DNA of 64,000 bases from an uncultured Gammaproteobacteria bacterium (lineage in GTDB: Bacteria; Cyanobacteriota; Vampirovibrionia; LMEP-6097; CAYGPN01). Positions within the stretch are counted from its first letter, which is position 1. Every line of letters starts with the position of its first letter. The stretch covers positions 243,426 through 307,425 of the forward strand of contig CAYGPN010000001.1 of the NCBI GenBank assembly GCA_964352085.1, given 5' to 3'. The position numbers and the translations under genes were made by a program. The notes under the pieces are model-generated. The model saw only the letters and a program-made list of their open reading frames with translations. It was not told the origin of the DNA and searched no databases. Below are positions 50,788-60,100 of this stretch, one piece after another.

Positions 50788-52772
50788 TATTTAATTTCTT
50801 TATCAGCTATTTCTTTTTTAATTGATTTAATAAAATCAGAAGTGCTCATGGTAGTTTGCTCTTCGCTTCGACGGTGACGAACATTTACTTCATTCGCTTC
50901 TTCTTCTTTATCACCCACAATTAACATATAAGGTATTTGCTGTTCTTGAGCATCACGAATTTTAGCGTTCATTCTTTCTGATCTTGTATCCGTTTTCACT
51001 CGAACTTCATTTTGCATAAGCTCTGCTTTAATTTTCTCAGCGTAATCATTATGCCTGTCAGCAATTGGAATAACCATCACTTGAACTGGAGATAGCCAAG
51101 TAGGAAATGCTCCTGCGTAATGCTCAATTAAAACCATAGTAGTGCGTTCCAAAGAACCATACAATGCTCTATGAATCATCACAGGCTGCTCTTCTTCATT
51201 CTTTGCGTTAGTGTAACTAAGATCAAATCTATCTGGAAGATTGAAGTCAAGCTGGATAGTAGCTCCCTGCCATTCTCTACCAATAGCATCCTTAAGCTGA
51301 AAATCAATCTTAGGACCATAGAAAGCACCATCACCAGGATTGAGCTCATAACTAAGACCAAGTTCTTTAAGCGCTTGTTTAAGACCTTCTTCAGCAAAAT
51401 CCCAAAGTTCATCTCCACCGATAGCTTTTTCTGGTTTAGTAGAAAGTTCTATGTAGTATTCAAAGCCAAGAGTTTTATAAATTTCATCAGCTAATTTAAA
51501 AACATTTTTAACTTCTTCGACATACTGATCGCGGCGACAGAAAATATGCGCGTCATCTTGAGTAAAACCTCTAACACGAGCCAAGCCATGCACAGAACCA
51601 CTAGCCTCGTTTCTGTAAACCGTACCCATTTCTGCCATACGCACAGGAAGCTCTCTATAACTATGTTTCGTGTCCTTGTAAATAAGTACATGAAGAGGAC
51701 AATTCATGGGCTTAAGAATATACTCTTGCTCATCAACGTTTAAAGAGTACATGCTATCTCTATAAAAAGAATTGTGACCTGATTTATCCCAAAGCTCTGA
51801 TTTAGCTATATGAGGAGTAACCACAAATTCATAACCATTCTTTCTATGAAGTTTTTTCCAGTAATCTTCAAGCTCCATTCTGACAGTAGCTAAATTACCA
51901 TGCCACATAACCAAACCTGCACCAGCTTCCTCTTGGTGTATAGAGAAAAGGTCTTGTTTTTTAGCAAGCTTACGGTGATCACGTTTCTCAGCTTCTTCTT
52001 TTCTTTGAAGATACTGTTTAAGCTCATCTTCAGTCCACCAAACAGTTCCGTAGACTCTTTGCATAGGATCTTTTTCTACATCCCCGCGCCAGTTTGTGCC
52101 AGCAACATTTAAAACTTTTATGTGTTTAATAAATTTTGTGTTTGGTATATGCGGTCCTGCACAAAAATCAGACCAAACTTTCTCACCATTATTATCAACG
52201 AAATAATACTCACTAGGATTATGATCTTTATGTTCCGTAGCCAGCTCAGCTTTATAAATCTCACCCTCTGACTTGTATTCAGCGATTCTTTTATCTGGAT
52301 TAGCTATTTCTTCGCGCATTAAAGTATAAGCTCCAGAAGCAAACTTTAAAATTTCTTTTTCAATCTTCACTAAATCAGCATCAGTGATTGGCTTATCACC
52401 AGTTTCAAAATCATAGAAAAAACCATTTTCTGTAGCTGGTCCCACACCAACTTTTGCATGTGGAAAAATCTTTTGAATCACAGCTGCCATTACATGACTT
52501 GTCGTGTGCCTTAGGTACTCATAGCTCTTTTTATCACCAACACAAACGATCTTTACTTCATCACCATTTTCAAGAGGTGCTGTTAAGTCTCTAAGCTCTG
52601 ACTCGCCAGAAACAATCGCTTCAATTCCAATGGCTTTTTTAGCCAAACTTGATGATATAGATTTAGCCAAATCTAAGCCGGTTGAACCAGCGCTGAGGCT
52701 TTTTTCGCTGCCGTCAGGTAGTTTAATTGTGATTTGATCTGCTATTGCTTTTTCCTTAGTTTCTGTGCTCAC
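50787..52772 (-). CDS. thrS: Threonine--tRNA ligase
   Basis: TGS domain, RDHRKL, KPMNCP, RGFTQDDAH, GAFYGPKIDF. Confidence 0.99.
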   Translation of the reverse strand: MSTETKEKAIADQITIKLPDGSEKSLSAGSTGLDLAKSISSSLAKKAIGIEAIVSGESELRDLTAPLENGDEVKIVCVGDKKSYEYLRHTTSHVMAAVIQKIFPHAKVGVGPATENGFFYDFETGDKPITDADLVKIEKEILKFASGAYTLMREEIANPDKRIAEYKSEGEIYKAELATEHKDHNPSEYYFVDNNGEKVWSDFCAGPHIPNTKFIKHIKVLNVAGTNWRGDVEKDPMQRVYGTVWWTEDELKQYLQRKEEAEKRDHRKLAKKQDLFSIHQEEAGAGLVMWHGNLATVRMELEDYWKKLHRKNGYEFVVTPHIAKSELWDKSGHNSFYRDSMYSLNVDEQEYILKPMNCPLHVLIYKDTKHSYRELPVRMAEMGTVYRNEASGSVHGLARVRGFTQDDAHIFCRRDQYVEEVKNVFKLADEIYKTLGFEYYIELSTKPEKAIGGDELWDFAEEGLKQALKELGLSYELNPGDGAFYGPKIDFQLKDAIGREWQGATIQLDFNLPDRFDLSYTNAKNEEEQPVMIHRALYGSLERTTMVLIEHYAGAFPTWLSPVQVMVIPIADRHNDYAEKIKAELMQNEVRVKTDTRSERMNAKIRDAQEQQIPYMLIVGDKEEEANEVNVRHRRSEEQTTMSTSDFIKSIKKEIADKEIK

Positions 52773-52840
52773 GATTACTTAGTATATTACATAATCGTCA
52801 AGAAGCTGCAAATGCCTTAATTTAAAGGATTTTAGACTTA

Positions 52841-52870
52841 TTGCTTTTTATAAACACAAAATGCTAGGAT
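52841..52870 (+). promoter_or_regulatory. Sigma70-type promoter directly before the small ORF
   Basis: TTGCTT, 18-bp spacer, extended -10 TGcTAGGAT; ATG 7 nt downstream. Confidence 0.55.
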
Positions 52871-52877
52871 AGGTATT

Positions 52878-52952
52878 ATGATAATACTTTTATTAAGCAA
52901 ATTAATAAAAGATTGGCTGCGCAAAAGAGAGCAGCAGCAAGCTTCTGCTTAA
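52878..52952 (+). CDS. Putative 24-aa amphipathic peptide MIILLLSKLIKDWLRKREQQQASA
   Basis: Below the ORF-track cutoff; leaderless promoter geometry like other genes here. Confidence 0.45.
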   Translation: MIILLLSKLIKDWLRKREQQQASA

Positions 52953-53529
52953 TAATTGAAGTTTATTTTTAGATCTATTTTTGCTTAGGAATTAGGCTTC
53001 CATTAAAATGACTGTTTCAGATTCCTTTGCCTCTTTCTTCATCTGCTAGCGCCAAATCTATTTTCAGCACAGAGGTTAGAGTGTTGGTTGTCTGTTGAAA
53101 CTCTAGTTGGCTCTAAGGTTGCGCTTCAAATGATTTGGCAGCTAGCATCTTTGCCAGAAGCTAAAGTCATCTAGAGAAGTCATTTTAATGGAAGCCTAAT
53201 TCCACGCTAAAAAAATAATCTGCAAATAAATACTGCAACTAATTATGGTTGAAGCTTTTTTGTTTGCTAATTTTCAGGAAAGGATATTTTGCTAAAACAA
53301 CTCCAGTAGATGACATTAGTTTCTAAGTGAATGAGCAAGCAGGCAAATCCTGTGAGGCGCAATTATTTGTAGTCTAGAATATTTTAACTGTAACTGGCGC
53401 CAAATCTTCTGTGCCAAGCAGTGATTTGCCGCTTGTGAGTGAGCTTGGAAACTAATATCATCTGAAACAGTTGTTTTAGGGAAATGTGCTTTCCTGAAAA
53501 TTTAAGAAATCTAAATAAACTTCAATTAT
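52952..53529. other. Nested long-hairpin element (two long stems inside a 17-bp terminal inverted repeat); structured RNA or palindromic element
   Basis: Perfect 26-bp IR 52988-53013/53178-53203; 14-bp IR 53269-53282/53489-53502 plus further stems; outer IR 52952-52968/53513-53529. Confidence 0.8.
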
Positions 53530-54443
53530 CTATAATTATATCCACCAGGATCTTGGAAACCACCGCCACCATACTGTGAAGGAGCAGCAAAATCTCTACC
53601 TGGAGAAGGAGCATTACGTCTTGGAGCTACATTAACTTGAAGAGGTGAGTCTAACAAGAAAGGAATAGAAAAACCAGATTGAATTACAAACTCTTGACCT
53701 TTTTTAACTGCGCCACCTAAAAGACCAATACCACCACCGATACCAGTACCAATTGCTGAAGCTTTTCCTTTCTTACCACCAGAAATTGCTGAACCGATCA
53801 AACCAGCAAGAGCACCACCACCAGCACCAACAGCAGTTGACTTAACAAAGTGCCCAGCTCTACCGCCAGATGCGCTTAATTGAAATCTCGCTCTATCAAC
53901 ACTTGCAGATAATGGATATCTTTTTCCATCAGGAGTAACAATAGAAGTTAAACGCAAATCTAAAGCGCCAGCTTTACCACCTCTACCTGCTGGAATAACT
54001 GAAACTACTTGTCCTTGAAGAGTTGATCCTGGAGGAGCAACCATCTCACCACCAGCGTAAATTGGAGCATCTAATGCAGCCGTGAAAGTTTCACCAACTC
54101 TTGAAAATTCTGAACTAAGAGTGCTTTGAATTCTCACGGGAACTGGCGTGCCTGCTGGTGCATAAACTACTCTACCTTGAAGAGGAGGAGCGTTATAGCC
54201 TCCACTATTTCCACCACCAAAAAAACCGCCTCTACTATCAGCAGAAGAACCGTAAAAGCCGCCGCCAACTGAATTTGACGAGTCCGCGCCATAGCCATTA
54301 TCAATATTAATTGATTGACTACCATTAGTGATATTTAAAGATTGTGAATCAAAGTATCCTTCAGCCGTTGACGAAGAGATCGTCATAGCCAAAGCTAAAC
54401 TTAGTGCCACTGAACCTTTTAGAATTTTTTTAAGCGATTTCAT
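53526..54443 (-). CDS. Secreted glycine-zipper protein with a TrbI/VirB10-like beta domain
   Basis: Signal peptide; PAGTPVPVRIQSTLSS...VGETFTA...PGSTLQGQV; GAGGGALAGLIG zipper. Confidence 0.7.
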   Translation of the reverse strand: MKSLKKILKGSVALSLALAMTISSSTAEGYFDSQSLNITNGSQSINIDNGYGADSSNSVGGGFYGSSADSRGGFFGGGNSGGYNAPPLQGRVVYAPAGTPVPVRIQSTLSSEFSRVGETFTAALDAPIYAGGEMVAPPGSTLQGQVVSVIPAGRGGKAGALDLRLTSIVTPDGKRYPLSASVDRARFQLSASGGRAGHFVKSTAVGAGGGALAGLIGSAISGGKKGKASAIGTGIGGGIGLLGGAVKKGQEFVIQSGFSIPFLLDSPLQVNVAPRRNAPSPGRDFAAPSQYGGGGFQDPGGYNYR

Positions 54444-54500
54444 TTATTACCCTCTTTCCTATTCCTTTCCAAATGATAAAAGATCTAGATTATCATTTGA

Positions 54501-54839
54501 TTAAAACCTTAACATCTCATCCCGTATTTTGCCCCCAAGCTTGATCAATTCAGGGATATCCACTGGCTTCCTTGACCCAGCCATAATAAGCAGATATTTT
54601 TCTTCTATTTTACTCATATACCAAGCACCTTTTTCTGTCATAAGAATAGTACTTTCGCTAGCCTCAAGAACTTGCGAATTAGTATTTATTACATTTTTCA
54701 GAGTGAAGCCTGTATTTTCATTAACCAAACTATCATCAATATTTTTATCAAGAATTCTTAGATCTTCATCAAAAACAATATAGCCATCAAGACCTTCTAA
54801 ATTTTGCAGAGATTCATTGATTGTACTTAAAGTTTCCAT
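54501..54839 (-). CDS. Roadblock/LC7-like protein
   Basis: LQNLEGLDGYIVFDED...TILMTEKGAWYM...YLLIM pattern; 112 aa. Confidence 0.6.
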   Translation of the reverse strand: METLSTINESLQNLEGLDGYIVFDEDLRILDKNIDDSLVNENTGFTLKNVINTNSQVLEASESTILMTEKGAWYMSKIEEKYLLIMAGSRKPVDIPELIKLGGKIRDEMLRF

Positions 54840-55339
54840 TAAGTGTCACATTCCTGTTTTTCTTTTCTGCGAATAGTCTTAATGTCTACCCAAGGCTCAC
54901 CAAGAGCGTTTGAGAAGACCTTGCCTTCTATCTCTAAAACATCTCCATGTTCGATTTGAGACAAGTCATCATTCTTTTTAAATACTTTTAAAGGAAGTAC
55001 AAGCTTAAGTTCAACTAAAGGAATCTCTTTTAAATCAGGTCTTGATAAAAGAATCCCTATGTAATCCTTAGAACTTCTAAATGCTTTTTCCTTATCTTTG
55101 TCTTCAGCTTTATCTTCTTCCCCATAATCTAAAGGAAGGTTTGTAAAAGAGCTAAATTCTCCAGTAATATTTACTTCTTTCTTTAAGTACTTTTTTGGTT
55201 TAGAAACCAAGTCATATAATTTGACAAAAGTCTTTGAATCACAAAATTCAGCTTTCGAAAGAGCCTGAGTGCTTTCTCCACTTGAAAGAGAAATAGCTAA
55301 TACAGACATTATTGGAATTAAGATTTTAAATCTATTCAT
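54839..55339 (-). CDS. Exported OB-fold-like protein
   Basis: Signal peptide; PKKYLKKEVNITGEF...GDVLEIEGKV. Confidence 0.55.
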   Translation of the reverse strand: MNRFKILIPIMSVLAISLSSGESTQALSKAEFCDSKTFVKLYDLVSKPKKYLKKEVNITGEFSSFTNLPLDYGEEDKAEDKDKEKAFRSSKDYIGILLSRPDLKEIPLVELKLVLPLKVFKKNDDLSQIEHGDVLEIEGKVFSNALGEPWVDIKTIRRKEKQECDT

Positions 55340-55436
55340 AGTTAACTACATGATACCAAAAGTTTAAATCCTACTTATATAGATTATCTTCATTTCTTAT
55401 AAGAATTTAGTATAGATTTACTAATTATAAGTATCA

Positions 55437-56174
55437 GTGCTAAGATATTTCTGCAAAGAACTTGTCCAGGAGTTGATTTTATTGCAAGAAGAAGAACTAA
55501 AAAAGCTGCAAGACGCTAATAAAATTCTCAACGAGAGATACTCGGATCTCGGGCTTAAGCCCCTTGATTTCCCTTTGCCAAATCCTGACCAGGCGCCTTT
55601 GGATGAATTTTTAAACGATGATTATGTCATTGATGATATTCACCCAGATTTTCATAATATCCCTCAAGAAGAAGCTAATGAAATCGAAAGTCTATTACTT
55701 GACGAGGCTCTAGTAAATGAAGTCATTGATGACTATGAAATAGAAGGCTCTCAGGAAGACGAAGCTCCAAGATTTGTTTTAGTTAAACGATTCGTTTTAC
55801 CAGTGCTGATTCTTGCTGGAATTATTTTTATAATTAGCTCTGAATTACGAGAAAGCCTTTTTAAAACAGAAGAGCTAAAAGAAGAAGTGACTTACGCCAA
55901 GCCAGTTAAGCGCAAAAACATGGTTCAAGTTATAAGTGTAAACGACAGACCTTATATAATTTCTAGTGGCTCATATAAAACTAGAGAAGAAGCTAAAAGC
56001 GCTAAAAATGAGCTTGCTAAAATTGCTGGAACTTCGTTAAGACTTAAATTTCTAAAAGATTATTACACTGTACAAATTGGTCCTGCTTACAAGGAATTTG
56101 ATAATGCTGTACTTGTTTATAAGGAATTATCTAAATATCCTATTAAGGACTTATCGATACGCACTCAAAGATAG
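55437..56174 (+). CDS. Membrane-anchored SPOR-domain protein
   Basis: Acidic N-terminus, one TM, YIISSGSYKTREEA...YTVQIGPAY. Confidence 0.75.
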   Translation: MLRYFCKELVQELILLQEEELKKLQDANKILNERYSDLGLKPLDFPLPNPDQAPLDEFLNDDYVIDDIHPDFHNIPQEEANEIESLLLDEALVNEVIDDYEIEGSQEDEAPRFVLVKRFVLPVLILAGIIFIISSELRESLFKTEELKEEVTYAKPVKRKNMVQVISVNDRPYIISSGSYKTREEAKSAKNELAKIAGTSLRLKFLKDYYTVQIGPAYKEFDNAVLVYKELSKYPIKDLSIRTQR

Positions 56175-56189
56175 TAGAATTGCATAGGT

Positions 56190-56885
56190 ATGGCAAAAAC
56201 TTTAGTAGCGAATCTTGAAAGCGACTTCTTCTTAAGAAGGCTTCAATCTTTAACTGGCATCATTCCAATTGGTGGCTTTATGGTTTTCCACATCATGGTT
56301 AATAGCATCGCGATGTTTGAACCGGAAAACTACAACACAATTATTGATTTACTAAGAGCAATGCCATTCTTACTTCCAATCGAAATCATGTTTATCTATG
56401 GTCCAATTGCCTTCCACGCAATTTACGGAATTATTATTTGCAAAACCTCTAAGCCAAACCAGATGCAGTATTCAGGTCTTGAAAACTGGAGATATATCCT
56501 TCAGAGAATAACTGGCATGCTTGGTTTCTTTTATCTTATCTATCACATGTTCCAGTTTAGAAACGTAGAAGATTTAGACTATAACTACATCGCTGTTTCT
56601 CTAGCTGGCAACGGTACTATTTCTTGGTTACCAGAGCTTCCTCTTTTAAACCCATTTAGCATCTACTGGCTATATATCATTGGTGTGGTTTCACTGGTTT
56701 ACCACTTTGCTAATGGTATGTGGAGTTTCTGCATCACTTGGGGAATTACTGTTGGTAAAAAATCTCAAACAATAATGTCTTACGTGGCTTTAGTAACTTT
56801 CATCGCACTAACAGCAGTATCAGTTTCTACTGTGAATCATCTTCGTGAAGCAGGTTTAGAGATTATTGCTTCTGGTGGTCTTTAG
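56190..56885 (+). CDS. sdhC: Succinate dehydrogenase cytochrome b558 subunit (Bacillus type)
   Basis: LRRLQSLTGIIPIGGFMVFH, AFHAIYG, LQRITG, YHFANGMWSFCITWG. Confidence 0.88.
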   Translation: MAKTLVANLESDFFLRRLQSLTGIIPIGGFMVFHIMVNSIAMFEPENYNTIIDLLRAMPFLLPIEIMFIYGPIAFHAIYGIIICKTSKPNQMQYSGLENWRYILQRITGMLGFFYLIYHMFQFRNVEDLDYNYIAVSLAGNGTISWLPELPLLNPFSIYWLYIIGVVSLVYHFANGMWSFCITWGITVGKKSQTIMSYVALVTFIALTAVSVSTVNHLREAGLEIIASGGL

Positions 56886-57126
56886 AAAAACCAATTAGCT
56901 TAGAAAGCTTAGTCCCAGTAATAAGAGTGGCTTTCAGCTAGGTATTTAAAGATTAAATAGAATTAATGGCAATCCCTGATTATGGAATTGTATGATTCCC
57001 AATATAGAAAGACAGTGATTTTATCGCTGGATGATAACTATTAGCTTAAAAAAGAGGAGTCGACTGCGCCTGGGGATAGCACGTAAGAATTTTTATTTAT
57101 CTAGCTTATATGCGTAGTTAATTGTC

Positions 57127-60100
57127 ATGAAAAAATTTATTTGTATTGTATCTAGTGTTCTTTTACTATCAAACGGTTTTGCGTCTGCAAAGCTAAAAGA
57201 CTCTAGCCCGCCAGAGCTTATTAGCGTAGTGCTACCAGCTTCTATTAATACTCTTAATGATAACAGCTCCTTAAAACTAGCAATAAAGGCAAGTGACAAG
57301 GATACAGGGCTTAAAAGAGTAGAGCTAATCCTCACCCACCAAAATTTTAAGAAGATTAAAAAGAAAAAAAGCGTGCGACTAATAAAGAAAGTTCGCAAAA
57401 AAGCTAGCTCTAGAATTGATGATATAGAAACTTATGATTTTGATTTTAAAATCCCAAAGAAAGCAGAAAAAGGAATCTGGGATTTAAAGCTAAAGCTTGT
57501 AAATAGAGCTGGTACCAAAAAAGTCTTAGATAAAGAAGCTCTAAAAACATTAAATATAAACTCAAAGATAGAGATTATTTCTAATAAAGACACTCTAGCT
57601 CCAGAAATACAAGAATTAAGTTTTGATAATTCAATCTCACTTTCTGAAGGCTCTGCAGAACTAGCACTTAGTATAAAAGCTGCAGATTTCACTGACGTGC
57701 AAAGTGTTTCAGCTAGATTCCTGCACAAGAATAAAAAACTAAGAAAAAAGAGTTCAGGCAAAACTCAAAGCCAGCAAACTAACGTGACTCTAAATAGAGA
57801 AAATAACGTAAGCGAATTTTTAATCAAAATACCTTTTGATATCAGCAAAAAATTAGGTGACTGGCTTTTAAGCTTAAAGTTAATTGACAGCAAAGGAAAC
57901 AAAACTACTCTTAGTCCTAAACAACTTGCAAAGCTAGAACTCTCAAACTCATTAAATGTAAATAACGACCCAATTATCCAAGAACCACCAAGCACCCCTC
58001 CAATTGAAGAGCCTGAAGAAGAGGAAGAAGAAAATCCTGGAAACAATACTGGTGGAAACACTGGTGGTGGTGGAACTAGCGGTGGTGGCGGAGCTCCAGC
58101 AGGTGGTGGCGGAAATACTGGCGGCGGGTCAAGCGGTGGCGGAAATACTTCACCTCCATTAGATCCTAGAGATCTTTCTATGCCAGATTCTGCAATTACT
58201 GCACCTGTAATTTCTCCTGGCAATAGCTCACCACTAGATGATTTAGATTTTATTACTGGTGGCGCCAATCCTATCCAAACAGGAATTACTCCAGGCACAA
58301 TTGATGAAACTAGAGCAACTATAGTTAGAGGTAAGATTTTTGATACCAGCAATAATCCAGTATCTAATGCTGTAGTAAAAGTCCATAAGCATAATGAATT
58401 TGGTCAAACGCTTACTATGGCAAATGGTGAGTATAACTTCGTTGTTAATGGTGGCGGTGGCATCACAGTAAATGTAAGTGCTGCAGGTTTTTTGCCTATA
58501 CAACGCACTGTTCAAGTTCCTGTCAGAGATTTTCTAGTGATGGACACAATTGTGCTTACTCCTTTAGATAATCAAATGACTGCTGTTAATTTAAATGCTA
58601 CAGGACCTAAAGTAGTAGAGTCTTCTATGTCAAATGATGCTGACGGTGAAAGACAAGTGAAGATGCTTTTCACTCCAGGCACGCAAGCTGAAATGGTGAT
58701 GCCAGATGGAACTAAACAGCCACTCACTAATTTAAGTGTTCGAGCAACAGAATTTACAGTAGGCGCTGATGGTCCTATGGCTATGCCAGGAACACTTCCA
58801 GCTACTAGCGCTTACACATACGCTGTTGAGCTAAGTGTAGATGAGGCTATGGCAGCTGGAGCTACTACAGTTAACTTTAATAAAGCTGTGCCTTTTTATG
58901 TAGATAATTATCTAAACTTTCCAGTGGGTGAGGCTGTTCCAACAGGCTACTACGATAGAGAGAAAGCTGCATGGGTAGCATCTGATAATGGACGTATTAT
59001 CCAAATTTTAAATATAGTAAATGGAAAAGCTGAAATAGATATAGATGGGAGCGGCACAGCAGCTTCTGATGCTGATCTTTTAGCGTTAGGTGTAGATGCT
59101 ATGGAGCAAACAAAGCTAGCTGATCTTTATACAGTCGGTAAAAGTATCTGGCGCGTTCCTGTAACTCACTTTACTCCTTATGACTGCAATTGGCCGTATA
59201 CTCCTCCCCCTGACTCTGCACCACCTCCACCTAATCCTCCTGATATCGATGACGAAAACAATCCACCAAATCCATGTATTCAAAGTGGCTCAATAATAGA
59301 ATGCCAAACTCAAACTTTAGGTGAGAGCCTGGAAATAGCAGGAACACCTTTTACTCTTGAATACAGAAGTAATAGAGTTAAAGGAAGAAAAACTGGCAGA
59401 AGAGTTAGAATACCTCTTTCTGAAGCTACTATACCAGCATCACTTCAAAGAATTGATTTAGAGATTATAGTTGCCGGTAGAAAGATAGTAAAAGAATTTG
59501 CACCAGCACCAGATCTTGAATTCATCTATGAATGGGATGGAATGGATGCTTTTGGTAGGGAAGTTATTGGTAGCATGCCTGCAACAATAACTATTTCATA
59601 TCTTTATAATCCTTTCTACGTAGGAGCTGCTAACTTCCAAAGAGCATTTGCAGAGTTTGGTGAAATAATTGCTAATAACGTACGAGTTATAGGTAATAGA
59701 GTTACCAATCAAATTAGACTAGAGAAAATATACAAAAAAGCCCTAACAAATAATGCCTTAGAGAAAAAACTAGGTTTAGGTGGATGGTCACTTTCGGAGC
59801 ATCACACATACGACAGAACTTCTAAAACCTTATTCTTAGGAACAGGTGAAATCAGAAGTGGTCAAACCTCTGGAAATTTCATTAACACTGTTCCAGGAGG
59901 GAGTTTAAGAAATTCAAACTTTCCTTTTGATAATATTGATGATGTCGAGGTTGATAACAAAGGAAATATCTACTTCACAAGTACTGCTGGCAAAATTTTC
60001 AAACTAGGCACGGACGGTGTTGTAACTAGAATTGCTGGAGACAGAAACGGTAGCAACTTAGATGGCATACCAGCTATAGATGCAAGGCTCGCTCTTCCTT

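Noticed and set aside
52952-53529. Integron attC sites, tRNA, RNase P, tmRNA or T-box assignment
   Set aside because: Hairpins are too long for attC and no integrase is present; no diagnostic motifs were seen; thrS has a -10 only 8 nt from its start, leaving no room for a T-box leader
57432-58352. Minus-strand Ser/Pro-rich ORFs
   Set aside because: Shadows of the low-complexity Rhs N-terminus and linker
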